64,000 bases of DNA, from NCBI GenBank assembly GCA_963693055.1, contig OY843751.1, positions 2,432,001-2,496,000 of the forward strand. The letters run 5' to 3'. Origin of the DNA: a bacterium (GTDB lineage Bacteria > Zhuqueibacterota > Zhuqueibacteria > Residuimicrobiales > Krinioviventaceae). Position 1 is the stretch's first letter, and the number at the start of each line of letters is the position of its first letter. Shown one piece after another: positions 1 through 12,272 of the stretch. A program made the translations under genes and the position numbers. The notes beneath the pieces are model-generated. The model was not told the origin of the DNA. It did no database searches and saw only the letters and a list, made by a program, of their open reading frames with translations.

Positions 1-597
1 AAACGCATCATATTCATCATATTTTTATTTTCCATTTCAGCTTTCTCTCAGGAAACACTTTTACCAGAAAATTTTGAATCCGGTGGGTTTGGTGGCCCGG
101 TTATAAAATTTACTCAGATTCAGGGTGACAATTCCGTACTAATTGGTGGCCGAGGCGGATGGATTATTGGTCATCAATTAATAGTTGGAGGTGGTGGATA
201 TGGACTCGCCAATTCAATTGATATACCCGAATATCAGATCAATAACAAGCCCGCGGAGATGCATTTTGGTTATGGCGGCCTGGAACTGGAGTACATTATC
301 AAACCCTCTAGTCTTATACATTACTCGGTTTATTGTCTCTTGGGTGGTGGTGCAGTAGAATATGCAGATAATGACGGCTCAAAATGGAGTGATTCTGGTG
401 ATTATACTGCTACAGTTATGGATGAATTTTGGGTGATTGAACCAGCGGTACATGCAACAATCAATATTGCTACGTTCTTTAGGATCAGTACCGGTGTTTC
501 ATATCGACAAGTAGGGAATGTTAAACTTGCTGGTACCAGTAATTCAGATTTATCCGGACCTGCATTTAATATAACCTTACGGTTCGGTAAATTCTAA
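1..597 (+). CDS. Outer-membrane beta-barrel protein, 5'-truncated (start lies just before the window)
   Basis: The frame of ORF 259..597 is open back to base 1 and reads KRIIFIIFLFSISAFSQETLL...GGFGGPVIKF...GGRGGWII, i.e. a signal peptide then Gly/aromatic beta-strands. It ends in RFGKF with a terminal Phe typical of BAM substrates. Confidence 0.7.
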   Translation, partial: KRIIFIIFLFSISAFSQETLLPENFESGGFGGPVIKFTQIQGDNSVLIGGRGGWIIGHQLIVGGGGYGLANSIDIPEYQINNKPAEMHFGYGGLELEYIIKPSSLIHYSVYCLLGGGAVEYADNDGSKWSDSGDYTATVMDEFWVIEPAVHATINIATFFRISTGVSYRQVGNVKLAGTSNSDLSGPAFNITLRFGKF

Positions 598-680
598 TAT
601 GAACTGATTTTCTTGAATTAGTTGGTTTCATCTTTTTATTATTATGATTATATTGTCCATTATAAAAGAGGAAATATATA

Positions 681-1547
681 ATGGACAATGTACTTTTAGA
701 ACAGATAAAAAGTTATCAAAAAAATGAAATAACAGAATATCATATTTATACCCGCCTATCCAAAATTGTAAAAAACAAAGAAAATTCAGAAATCCTTTTT
801 AAAATTGGTAAAGAAGAACTGGCCCATTATAAAAAATGGAAAGCTATTTCAGGTAAAGAGGTTAAACCCAATCGGTTAAAAATTCTTTTCTTTGTTTTCA
901 TTAGCCGCATATTTGGATTTACATTTGCAATCAAATTAATGGAAATGGGCGAAGAAGATGCTCAGGACAATTACGAGTTGATCATTCCGCATTATCCCGA
1001 AGCAGAACAAATCATGCGGGAAGAGAATGAGCATGAAGAACGCTTGATGGGTATGTTAAATGAAGAACGCTTGCATTATATTGGCTCTATCGTTTTGGGC
1101 CTTAACGATGCTCTGGTAGAATTGACAGGCGCATTGGCTGGTTTAACACTGGCGTTGCAAAATACCCGACTTATCGCTCTAACCGGATTAATAACCGGTA
1201 TTGCTGCATCTCTATCAATGGCTGCTTCTGAATATCTATCCACCAAAACCGAAGAAACAGTACGGCATCCGGTTAAAGCATCTTTGTATACCGGTACTGC
1301 GTATGTCATTACGGTAACCTTGTTAATATTGCCATATTTGTTTTTAACAAACTATTTTATTTGCCTCGCAACCACTATGCTTGTTGCTGTAATGATTATT
1401 GCTTTATTTAATTATTACGTAGCCGTTGTAGACGATGTATCCTTTAAAAAACGTTTTTTTGAAATGGCTGGACTCAGCTTTGGTGTTGCCGCGTTTAGTT
1501 TTTTTATTGGTATTTTAGTAAGGCACTTTTTGGGAGTTGATATTTAA
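681..1547 (+). CDS. VIT1/CCC1 family iron/manganese transporter with N-terminal rubrerythrin/ferritin-like domain (MbfA-like)
   Basis: N-terminal ExxE...EExxH and EENEHE di-iron motifs; C-terminal VLGLNDALVELTGALAG and IAASLSMAASEYLS VIT1 signatures with TM helices; RBS AGAGGA. Confidence 0.88.
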   Translation: MDNVLLEQIKSYQKNEITEYHIYTRLSKIVKNKENSEILFKIGKEELAHYKKWKAISGKEVKPNRLKILFFVFISRIFGFTFAIKLMEMGEEDAQDNYELIIPHYPEAEQIMREENEHEERLMGMLNEERLHYIGSIVLGLNDALVELTGALAGLTLALQNTRLIALTGLITGIAASLSMAASEYLSTKTEETVRHPVKASLYTGTAYVITVTLLILPYLFLTNYFICLATTMLVAVMIIALFNYYVAVVDDVSFKKRFFEMAGLSFGVAAFSFFIGILVRHFLGVDI

Positions 1548-1644
1548 TATATTATTGTGATATCATTTATTTTCTTGCTATTCCTACCGGATTTGTATAC
1601 ATTTTAGTGATCATTTTTTCATTGTCTAATAAAGGGGCACTTCA

Positions 1645-4600
1645 ATGAAAATCCTAAAATGTTTTATTATTATTATTATTCTATCTGTTAATGTTTATTC
1701 ATTTGAACAGATTGCACACTGGCCGGGTGGGCCCTGTCAATGTGTTGCTGTAAACGAAAACTATGCTTTTATGGCAAGTGGTGGATTTTTGGGTGTTGTT
1801 GATCTACAATCACTAGTCATGATTTCTAATACACAGATTGCTGATCAAATAGTCTCCATGGTTGCTAACGGAAATCACCTGTATATTGCTACTGTTAGCA
1901 CCGGTGTAGTGATTTATGATGTAACTGATGGTGCTGCTCCTCAACAAGAAACCATTATTCCTGTTTATGCAATGGATTGTTCAATCTATGAAGACAGGCT
2001 ATACATCGCTTCTTCAACATACGGCCTCAGTATTTATGATATTGCAGATCCTGCAGATCCTCTTCTGGTTGGCAGTGGAGATGCCTGGGGCTACACCCGA
2101 GGTGTAGCAATAAAAGGGGATTATGCGTATATCCCGCAAAGTAGCATGGGCCTAAAAGCTGTAGATATTTCAGATCCTTCTGATATCTCACAATTCTCCG
2201 AGGTTCCCTTAACAAACCGCACGGCTACTATTGTTAAAGTATATGGTGATTACCTCTATGTAGGCTCATGGGGAGAAGATGGTTTTGAAATATTTGATGT
2301 TTCCGATCCTGGCAATCCGGTATCTGTAAAATATGTTGATGTGAGCAGTTCTTATAAATTTGCTTTCCTGGATAATTATTTGTTTCTTGCCGCAGTAGGG
2401 GACCATTTGAAAATTTATAATATTACAAATCCTCCAGAGTTGATTGAAGTTACTGAATTTGAAGAAGCATCTCCATACGATGTGGCTGTTACTAATGGAT
2501 ATGTTTGTATGGCTGATCAGGAAGATGGTATGTATGTATTTCCCTTGACTGATGAAAAACTACCACAAAAGATTAAATCATTTGATCTCGATTTTTCCGC
2601 AATGTCCATGTTTTCAAACGGTCCATATTTATATTTTCCAATTCACAATCAAGGATTGAGAATTCTGGATGTTTCCGATCCTCTTAATGTTGTAGATCAG
2701 GAATTGTTGGATATTAAAACCGATTATGTACGGTTTTATAATGATCTAATGTTTATATCTTATCTTGATGATATACATGTTGTTGATAATTCGAATCCGG
2801 CAAATCCTCGGGAAATATCGGAAATTGAATTGCCAGATCGTGATATAGGTGTTTTAATTAATTATCCTTATCTATATGCTTATTGCGCTGATGTTGTTGT
2901 GGATAATTATAAGCTGGTAACGGTAAATATTTCCGATCCTGCTAATCCGGTTGCCGTTGATACATTGAGTGGCGCATCTACCTATTATTTGGCAGAATAT
3001 TATAATCATTATTTGTTTCTTTGTGACAGAAATAAACAACTGCATTGTGTTGATGCAAGTGATCCTGAAAATATGGAATTTGTCAGCAAGGCGTTTTTCC
3101 CTGATTCCGTAGCCGGATTCTGGATAAAAGAGCATTATGCTTATGTCACAGATACAGATGGTATGATGAATATTTACGATATGAGTGAACCGTTATCACC
3201 CGTTTTGAAAAATACATTAAATATTAGTACTATCATAGCAAAACCTTTGTTCTATGGAGAATTAGGCTATGCACCAGGATTTATGGGAACAGATATTTAT
3301 GATTTTTCTAACCCTGCGTTGCCTGTGTTAAAGGGATTTGTTAGTCATGGTGGATATATTGGAAGTAAGGCAATTGTAAACGGGCGGTTGTTTGTACAAA
3401 AAGTGATTATGGAAGATAAACTGCAGATCTTTGATCTGTCTCAACCGTTGAATCCGGGAGAATTGGGACTATTTCCGGCTTTTGATGGGACTGAAGCCGT
3501 ACTCGTTAAAGACGGAATTGTATACACTGCTGCAAACAGGGGAGGACTGCGAATTTTTGATTTTTCCCAATCCGATGATCCACTGATCGCTCAAATAGAT
3601 TTTTCCGGCAAAGTTGTAGATTTAGCTATGCAAAACGATTATTTGTTTCTTGCTGAATCCGAATACGGTATGCGTGTAGTGAATGTTACTGATCCTGCTC
3701 ATCCTTTTGTGGCCGGAGAATTTCATCCCAATACCAACAGCGCTGTTGGGGATATTATCATTGATGGCCAGTATGCCTATTTGATCGGAGGACCTTATAA
3801 CGATGTGATTGATATCAGCGATCCCGAAAATCCGGAATACATTGCGGACATACCATCCGCTGGTATAAATGCGCAGGGCCAGGTTTTAAACAGTTATTTG
3901 TACCTGGCAGACCAATATAATGGATTAAAAATAATGGATGTTAGTGATCCACAGAATGTCACTTTATTAAAGACCGTTGAAACAGATGGCTATTTTATGG
4001 ATGTCTGTATTCATAATAATTATGCTTATATTGCTGATATAAACAATCATTTAATGCGAATATTTGATTTAACTGATCCTATAAATCCAACTCAGGTTTC
4101 TTTTTTGGAATTTCCCTATGCCCCGGTGAGTGATATTTGTATTTATGATCATTACGCATTGGTAGCTTGTGACTATAGCGGAATATATATCGTAGATATT
4201 GAGGACCCACTGAATCCTATAAATGTCGGTCGATTTTATATTTACAATGCAGAATTTACCGATGTAACGGTAGAAAATGGTTATATCTATGCAACAGACA
4301 CAGTAACGGGAGTTTACAAACTGGGCGATGAATTGATCACAGCCATAGAGGAAGCATCCGCATTACCGCAAACTTTTAGGTTGTTCGATAATTATCCCAA
4401 TCCCTTTAATCCGGTTACAACCATAACCTATACATTACCCGAACCTGTATCTGTGAAAATCGATATATTCAATATCAACGGACAGCATATTTGCACTCTA
4501 GTGGATATGAAACAAGGCCCCGGAGTTCAAATTACCCAATGGGACGGCAAAACCGCAATGGGAATTTCTGTTTCGTCAGGTCTCTATTTTTACAGGATAC

Positions 4601-4647
4601 AAGCAGGCGCTAATACAGAAACCAAAAAGATGATGCTTTTACGATAA
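1645..4647 (+). CDS. LVIVD-repeat beta-propeller surface protein with C-terminal FlgD/T9SS-type sorting domain
   Basis: Signal peptide; many ~40-aa repeats of the form YAY(I/V)A...GL.I.D(I/V)SDP.NP; C-terminus NYPNPFNPVTTITY...WDG...SSGLYFYRI...KKMMLLR. Confidence 0.85.
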   Translation: MKILKCFIIIIILSVNVYSFEQIAHWPGGPCQCVAVNENYAFMASGGFLGVVDLQSLVMISNTQIADQIVSMVANGNHLYIATVSTGVVIYDVTDGAAPQQETIIPVYAMDCSIYEDRLYIASSTYGLSIYDIADPADPLLVGSGDAWGYTRGVAIKGDYAYIPQSSMGLKAVDISDPSDISQFSEVPLTNRTATIVKVYGDYLYVGSWGEDGFEIFDVSDPGNPVSVKYVDVSSSYKFAFLDNYLFLAAVGDHLKIYNITNPPELIEVTEFEEASPYDVAVTNGYVCMADQEDGMYVFPLTDEKLPQKIKSFDLDFSAMSMFSNGPYLYFPIHNQGLRILDVSDPLNVVDQELLDIKTDYVRFYNDLMFISYLDDIHVVDNSNPANPREISEIELPDRDIGVLINYPYLYAYCADVVVDNYKLVTVNISDPANPVAVDTLSGASTYYLAEYYNHYLFLCDRNKQLHCVDASDPENMEFVSKAFFPDSVAGFWIKEHYAYVTDTDGMMNIYDMSEPLSPVLKNTLNISTIIAKPLFYGELGYAPGFMGTDIYDFSNPALPVLKGFVSHGGYIGSKAIVNGRLFVQKVIMEDKLQIFDLSQPLNPGELGLFPAFDGTEAVLVKDGIVYTAANRGGLRIFDFSQSDDPLIAQIDFSGKVVDLAMQNDYLFLAESEYGMRVVNVTDPAHPFVAGEFHPNTNSAVGDIIIDGQYAYLIGGPYNDVIDISDPENPEYIADIPSAGINAQGQVLNSYLYLADQYNGLKIMDVSDPQNVTLLKTVETDGYFMDVCIHNNYAYIADINNHLMRIFDLTDPINPTQVSFLEFPYAPVSDICIYDHYALVACDYSGIYIVDIEDPLNPINVGRFYIYNAEFTDVTVENGYIYATDTVTGVYKLGDELITAIEEASALPQTFRLFDNYPNPFNPVTTITYTLPEPVSVKIDIFNINGQHICTLVDMKQGPGVQITQWDGKTAMGISVSSGLYFYRIQAGANTETKKMMLLR

Positions 4648-4655
4648 GGAATATA

Positions 4656-5387
4656 ATGAGAACTTGTTTTTATTTGATCTTTTTTATGATAGGAATATTA
4701 CTGTCATGTGCTACGGAAAAGTCGCCTTTATCAGTTGTTACCGATGAAACAGAAACTGAAATTGATGACCAGGATTTAACAACTAATGCGATTTGTAAAA
4801 CTGTGAATGGTCAGGAATGTGTTGTATATTATCGGGAATTCAATTCAAACAATAAAGTGGTTATTGCTCCGGATTCTATAATATCCAAAGCTTTTACTCA
4901 TATTGTAGATAAGGTTGGAAAAGAATATGCAGATCAGTATTTTACCTTGCATTCGGCAAACCATACTGATTATCCACGCATGTGGGATACGAGCGATTCC
5001 TGTTACTTTTTTTATTATGAATACAAAGTGACAATAGATGATTTTACAACTATATTACCCATACGGTTTACAACAAATCTGGATGGAGATTTATTATCCG
5101 GGTTTCGTTTACCAGAGCGATTATCTGATCCTAAATTTGGAATGCCCATTACTATTAGTGATTCAGTAGCCGTTTTGTTGGCGCAGAATGACGGATTGCC
5201 GGGTAGTATAGATCCTTATGAAATATCTTTTACCATATTATGGAACAAGAATGATGAATATACATATTGCTGGTACATTAAGAGCTTTGTATGGGGAAGA
5301 ACCAGTGGACAATATATAAGAATTGATGCAACAAATGGTGAGTTGATTGACAAAGGTGGATTTATTGTTGCAACTCCTGTAGGATGA
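4656..5387 (+). CDS. Hypothetical lipoprotein, possible PepSY-like C-terminal motif
   Basis: Lipobox LLSC; C-terminal YCWYI...IRIDATNGELI resembles a PepSY motif; starts 8 nt after the LVIVD gene. Confidence 0.6.
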   Translation: MRTCFYLIFFMIGILLSCATEKSPLSVVTDETETEIDDQDLTTNAICKTVNGQECVVYYREFNSNNKVVIAPDSIISKAFTHIVDKVGKEYADQYFTLHSANHTDYPRMWDTSDSCYFFYYEYKVTIDDFTTILPIRFTTNLDGDLLSGFRLPERLSDPKFGMPITISDSVAVLLAQNDGLPGSIDPYEISFTILWNKNDEYTYCWYIKSFVWGRTSGQYIRIDATNGELIDKGGFIVATPVG

Positions 5388-5525
5388 TTTTTTTAGTCAA
5401 TGTCTTTTAGGGATAAATGGGACAATAGTTACCCCAGGATTCTTGCCTCTCTATGTATAGGCTAGCTCGGGTTATATGGATTCAACTTTTTCCGTGCTAT
5501 TTAACTTGCTAATAACATAATAAAG

Positions 5526-5620
5526 CGGGAATGTGTGGGAATCGAACCCACCCAGGACGGGGACACCGCCCCACAACGGGTTTGAAGCCCGCGGGCACCA
5601 CCAGGTCACCTTTCATTCCC
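5526..5620 (-). tRNA. selC: tRNA-Sec (anticodon UCA)
   Basis: Reverse complement reads GGGAATGA AA GGTGACCTGGTGGTGCC C GCGGG CTTCAAA CCCGT [long variable arm TGTGGGGCGGTGTCCCCGTCCTGG] GTGGG TTCGATT CCCAC ACATTCCC G. This gives a UCA anticodon, long variable arm, T-arm and G discriminator; CCA is not encoded. Confidence 0.93.
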
Positions 5621-5681
5621 GTATTTTTAATATAACAATTTTAGTATTATTTCAAATAGAATTGTTACTGATCAATTTTAA

Positions 5682-8981
<3,300 letters not shown>

Positions 8982-8986
8982 CATGT

Positions 8987-9021
8987 ACCCCTGCTGATTT
9001 GAATGATCAGCAGGGGTTTTT
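8987..9021 (+). terminator. Rho-independent terminator
   Basis: ACCCCTGCTGAT-7nt-ATCAGCAGGGGT perfect 12-bp stem followed by a T run, immediately after the GH2 stop. Confidence 0.85.
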
Positions 9022-9079
9022 ACTTTAGCCACTTTTTGCTTATAAATCTAAATAATTTTGAAATTAATAAAAATAACAA

Positions 9080-9108
9080 TTGACCTTTATTATTTAAAAA
9101 ACTATAAT
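9080..9108 (+). promoter_or_regulatory. sigma70-type promoter for TBDR operon 1
   Basis: TTGACC (9080-9085), 17-bp spacer, TATAAT (9103-9108). Confidence 0.7.
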
Positions 9109-9255
9109 GAAATGTAAACAAATGTAATATTTAGTCTCACCCTTGGCTATACAAGCTCTTTCTTTTTATTTAATCCGTTTGCAGTCTAGTATTTTTATAC
9201 ATATTCGTATCGGTTAAATGAAACCTCTTTTCTTAAAAATCACATCTAATCAAAC

Positions 9256-12200
9256 ATGGACAGTACTATGCAAAAAAACTTTTTTTTATTGTACTGCGTT
9301 ATTTTGTTTTTGATTTTTCAGATTTTTGTACTTCCACTACATGCTGCTGTAACAGGAAAAATAAGGGGGCAAATTGTTGATTCAGTATCAGGAATGGCCC
9401 TTCCCGGAGTGAATGTTGTCATTTCACATGTGTGGATAAATGGCCAGGAAGAAGTTTATGATGGAGGCCTGGGTGCAGCAACCAGTATTGATGGTGAGTA
9501 TTTTATTCTCAAAGTCCCACCCGGTATCTATTCTATTACTTCATCAATGATCGGTTATAATACCATTACCAAGCAGCAGGTTCAAGTCAGTATTGACCGA
9601 ACATCAATTGTCGATTTTCAGATGGAAGAGGCTGCTTTGCAAGGCGAAGAAGTAGTTGTTACCGCAGGACGTGACCAGATCCAGGTTGATGTTGCTGCGA
9701 CTGAAAATTATGTCACTGCTGAAGAGTATCAAAATACACCGTTTGCAAACAGAGTTGAAAATGTTATAGGGCTGCAATCCGGTGTAAGTGGCAATATTGT
9801 TGAGGGTCAAATATCTATTCGTGCTGGTGATACTCGTGAGGTGGGCCTTTTGGTGGATGGTATGTCGCTGGTAGATAAAAAGTTCAACCGCCCGGTTTTC
9901 TCTGTGCAACCCGGTGTTGTACAGGAAATAAAGGTAATGCGTAATGGTTTTAATGCTGAATATGGCCAATCACGTTCCGGTATTATTAATGTAATCACCA
10001 AAGATCCTGATGAAAAATATAGATTTTCAATGGACTATCAGTTTACACCCGCTCACAAGCCCCATTATGGCAGAGATAAATATGATAAAGATTATCGATG
10101 GGAATGGAGATTGCTTGACGGCCCAAACGCTTTTATTGGAGATACTTTGTACCTCCCCGATGGCACTCATCAGAATATGAAAATCTGGATGGGTTGGAAC
10201 AAGTATGCTGAAGAATTGCTTTCAGATGATAATCCCGATAATGATCTGACTGCTGACGAAGCATACGAGTTATGGAAATGGCGCCATCGTCCTATGGAAT
10301 ATGGAAATCTCAATGGTCATAATGTTGATTTGTCTTTTTCGGGACCTGTACCTTTTATGCCATGGAGAACCAATTTCCTTGCAGGCGCAAAATATGAATT
10401 CAAGCCGCTTAATTATCCTCAATCTACCGACCATTATGATGAAAAGATGGGTTCATTAAAGATTATTTCAAATCCTTCTCCTAATATTAAACTGACACTA
10501 AATGGTATGTATTCTTCTGTTACTTCGGCAGCTGGAGGCAGGCTGGATGCAACCTGGGCAACAGAAACGTTGATAGACTATGATGGCGTAACCCTGAGAG
10601 ATTATTATCCCTATTATTATCCAGTGATCAATCGTGAAACCAGTTTGATCGGTGCCAAGTTGGTACATACCTTGTCACCAACACTCTATTATGAAACATT
10701 TATCAACTATTTCAATATAGGTTGGAACTTGTCCCGTGCTGATCAATCCAATCCTGCCGATGGGCGCTATTTTCATGGAAGATTATATTATGATCCGCAA
10801 TCAGGTTATATACCACGCTCCTTGGGAGTAGATGATGATGCATCTGATTTTAAAATGGCAGGTATTGACCAAACCTGGGATGATTCATGGAACAAGCGGT
10901 TTGTATATAATTTTGTACTGACAAGCCAGTTCCATCCCGCGCATGAACTTAAATTTGGTGTTAATGGAAATTATGACATTTTACGTGAAAATCGGGTTTA
11001 TTGGCCCAATGAAGATCCTGATAAAGAATTCATTCGTCGATACAAAGTAAAACCTATTGAATTTGCTTCTTTTATTCAAGACAAGATCGAATTTCAGGGT
11101 ATGGTTGCCAATATCGGTTTGCGCTTTGATTATTTCAATACCAATACAGACCGGCCGGATGTAACAGCAATACTCTCTTATGCCAAAGACCGTGATATGT
11201 GGGAGGCAGTCAAGAACAATGAATATCCAATGATGCGGGCAAAACCGAAATATTATCTCAGTCCTCGTGTTGGGATTTCTCATCCCTTGTCAGACAAAAG
11301 TAAGGTGTATTTCAATTATGGCCATTTTGTTCAAACACCTCCCAGTCGTGACCTTTATATCATTACTTTGGATGGTGAGCGCCCCGGTATTCAAATGATG
11401 GGTAATCCTGAACTCAATTTTGAAAAAACAATAGCCTATGAACTTGGTTTTGATATGAGTGTGAAAAGTGAACTGCAATTTCATGTGGGTGCATTTTATA
11501 AAAAGAATAGTAATGTGGCCAATCGAATGACCTCAGCACATCTTGATCAAAGTGTGGTTGTAGATTGGTTTGATGATATAGGTTACGCAGAAATACGTGG
11601 TCTGGAATTAGAATTACGTAAATCAACAGGTCAGTTTTTTACCGGTTGGATAAATTACAATTATATCAAAAAAAGTAATTCAGATCTGGGTGTTCCCGGT
11701 TTGTCTGATAATCCCATTATTACCGATGATCCATCCGTCGGTAGGGATGGTATAATCTGGGGAGTGCCTACTTCAGTGATCCGTGATATAATTCCCAATG
11801 CACGTGGTGTTTTATCATTACATACTCCCGGTGATTGGGGACCCAAATTTAAAGGCTTTTCACTAGTCAGTCAAACCAGTATCAGTTTACAAATGCATTA
11901 TCAAGGTGGTGCTTTAAAAGAACACCCTAAAACGAGTTTCCAGGATATGTACCCTAATGTCCGTTTTCGCGAGTTGTGTAAATTCTGGGCAGACTTGCGT
12001 GTGTCACGCCAGTTTAGAGTAGCTTTTATCAACATGGAATTATATATGGATATAAGTAATATTTTTCACTCTACTTTTCGAAATCCGCCAACAGGTACAA
12101 GTGGAGAAGATTATTATGACGAACTGTGGGAAGCAGGACGTTTAGATCAGGTAGGAACAGACGAGTTGACGAATCCCATGATTCTGCTAACTGAAAATGA

Positions 12201-12258
12201 TGATGTATATTGGGGCAGGGTCAAAATTTTTAATTTTGGATTGCGTATTAATTTATAG
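9256..12258 (+). CDS. TonB-dependent receptor with N-terminal carboxypeptidase-regulatory-like domain
   Basis: TGKIRGQIVD...LPGVNV; plug motif NGFNAEYGQSRSGIINVITK; NIGLRFDY; LSPRVGISHP; GNPELNFEKTIAYELG; C-terminal FNFGLRINL. Start may be ATG 9268. Confidence 0.9.
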   Translation: MDSTMQKNFFLLYCVILFLIFQIFVLPLHAAVTGKIRGQIVDSVSGMALPGVNVVISHVWINGQEEVYDGGLGAATSIDGEYFILKVPPGIYSITSSMIGYNTITKQQVQVSIDRTSIVDFQMEEAALQGEEVVVTAGRDQIQVDVAATENYVTAEEYQNTPFANRVENVIGLQSGVSGNIVEGQISIRAGDTREVGLLVDGMSLVDKKFNRPVFSVQPGVVQEIKVMRNGFNAEYGQSRSGIINVITKDPDEKYRFSMDYQFTPAHKPHYGRDKYDKDYRWEWRLLDGPNAFIGDTLYLPDGTHQNMKIWMGWNKYAEELLSDDNPDNDLTADEAYELWKWRHRPMEYGNLNGHNVDLSFSGPVPFMPWRTNFLAGAKYEFKPLNYPQSTDHYDEKMGSLKIISNPSPNIKLTLNGMYSSVTSAAGGRLDATWATETLIDYDGVTLRDYYPYYYPVINRETSLIGAKLVHTLSPTLYYETFINYFNIGWNLSRADQSNPADGRYFHGRLYYDPQSGYIPRSLGVDDDASDFKMAGIDQTWDDSWNKRFVYNFVLTSQFHPAHELKFGVNGNYDILRENRVYWPNEDPDKEFIRRYKVKPIEFASFIQDKIEFQGMVANIGLRFDYFNTNTDRPDVTAILSYAKDRDMWEAVKNNEYPMMRAKPKYYLSPRVGISHPLSDKSKVYFNYGHFVQTPPSRDLYIITLDGERPGIQMMGNPELNFEKTIAYELGFDMSVKSELQFHVGAFYKKNSNVANRMTSAHLDQSVVVDWFDDIGYAEIRGLELELRKSTGQFFTGWINYNYIKKSNSDLGVPGLSDNPIITDDPSVGRDGIIWGVPTSVIRDIIPNARGVLSLHTPGDWGPKFKGFSLVSQTSISLQMHYQGGALKEHPKTSFQDMYPNVRFRELCKFWADLRVSRQFRVAFINMELYMDISNIFHSTFRNPPTGTSGEDYYDELWEAGRLDQVGTDELTNPMILLTENDDVYWGRVKIFNFGLRINL

Positions 12259-12272
12259 CAGAAAGGTCACGA

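Noticed and set aside
1-5620. Genomic island integrated at tRNA-Sec
   Set aside because: No integrase and no duplicated tRNA 3' end was seen in the window.
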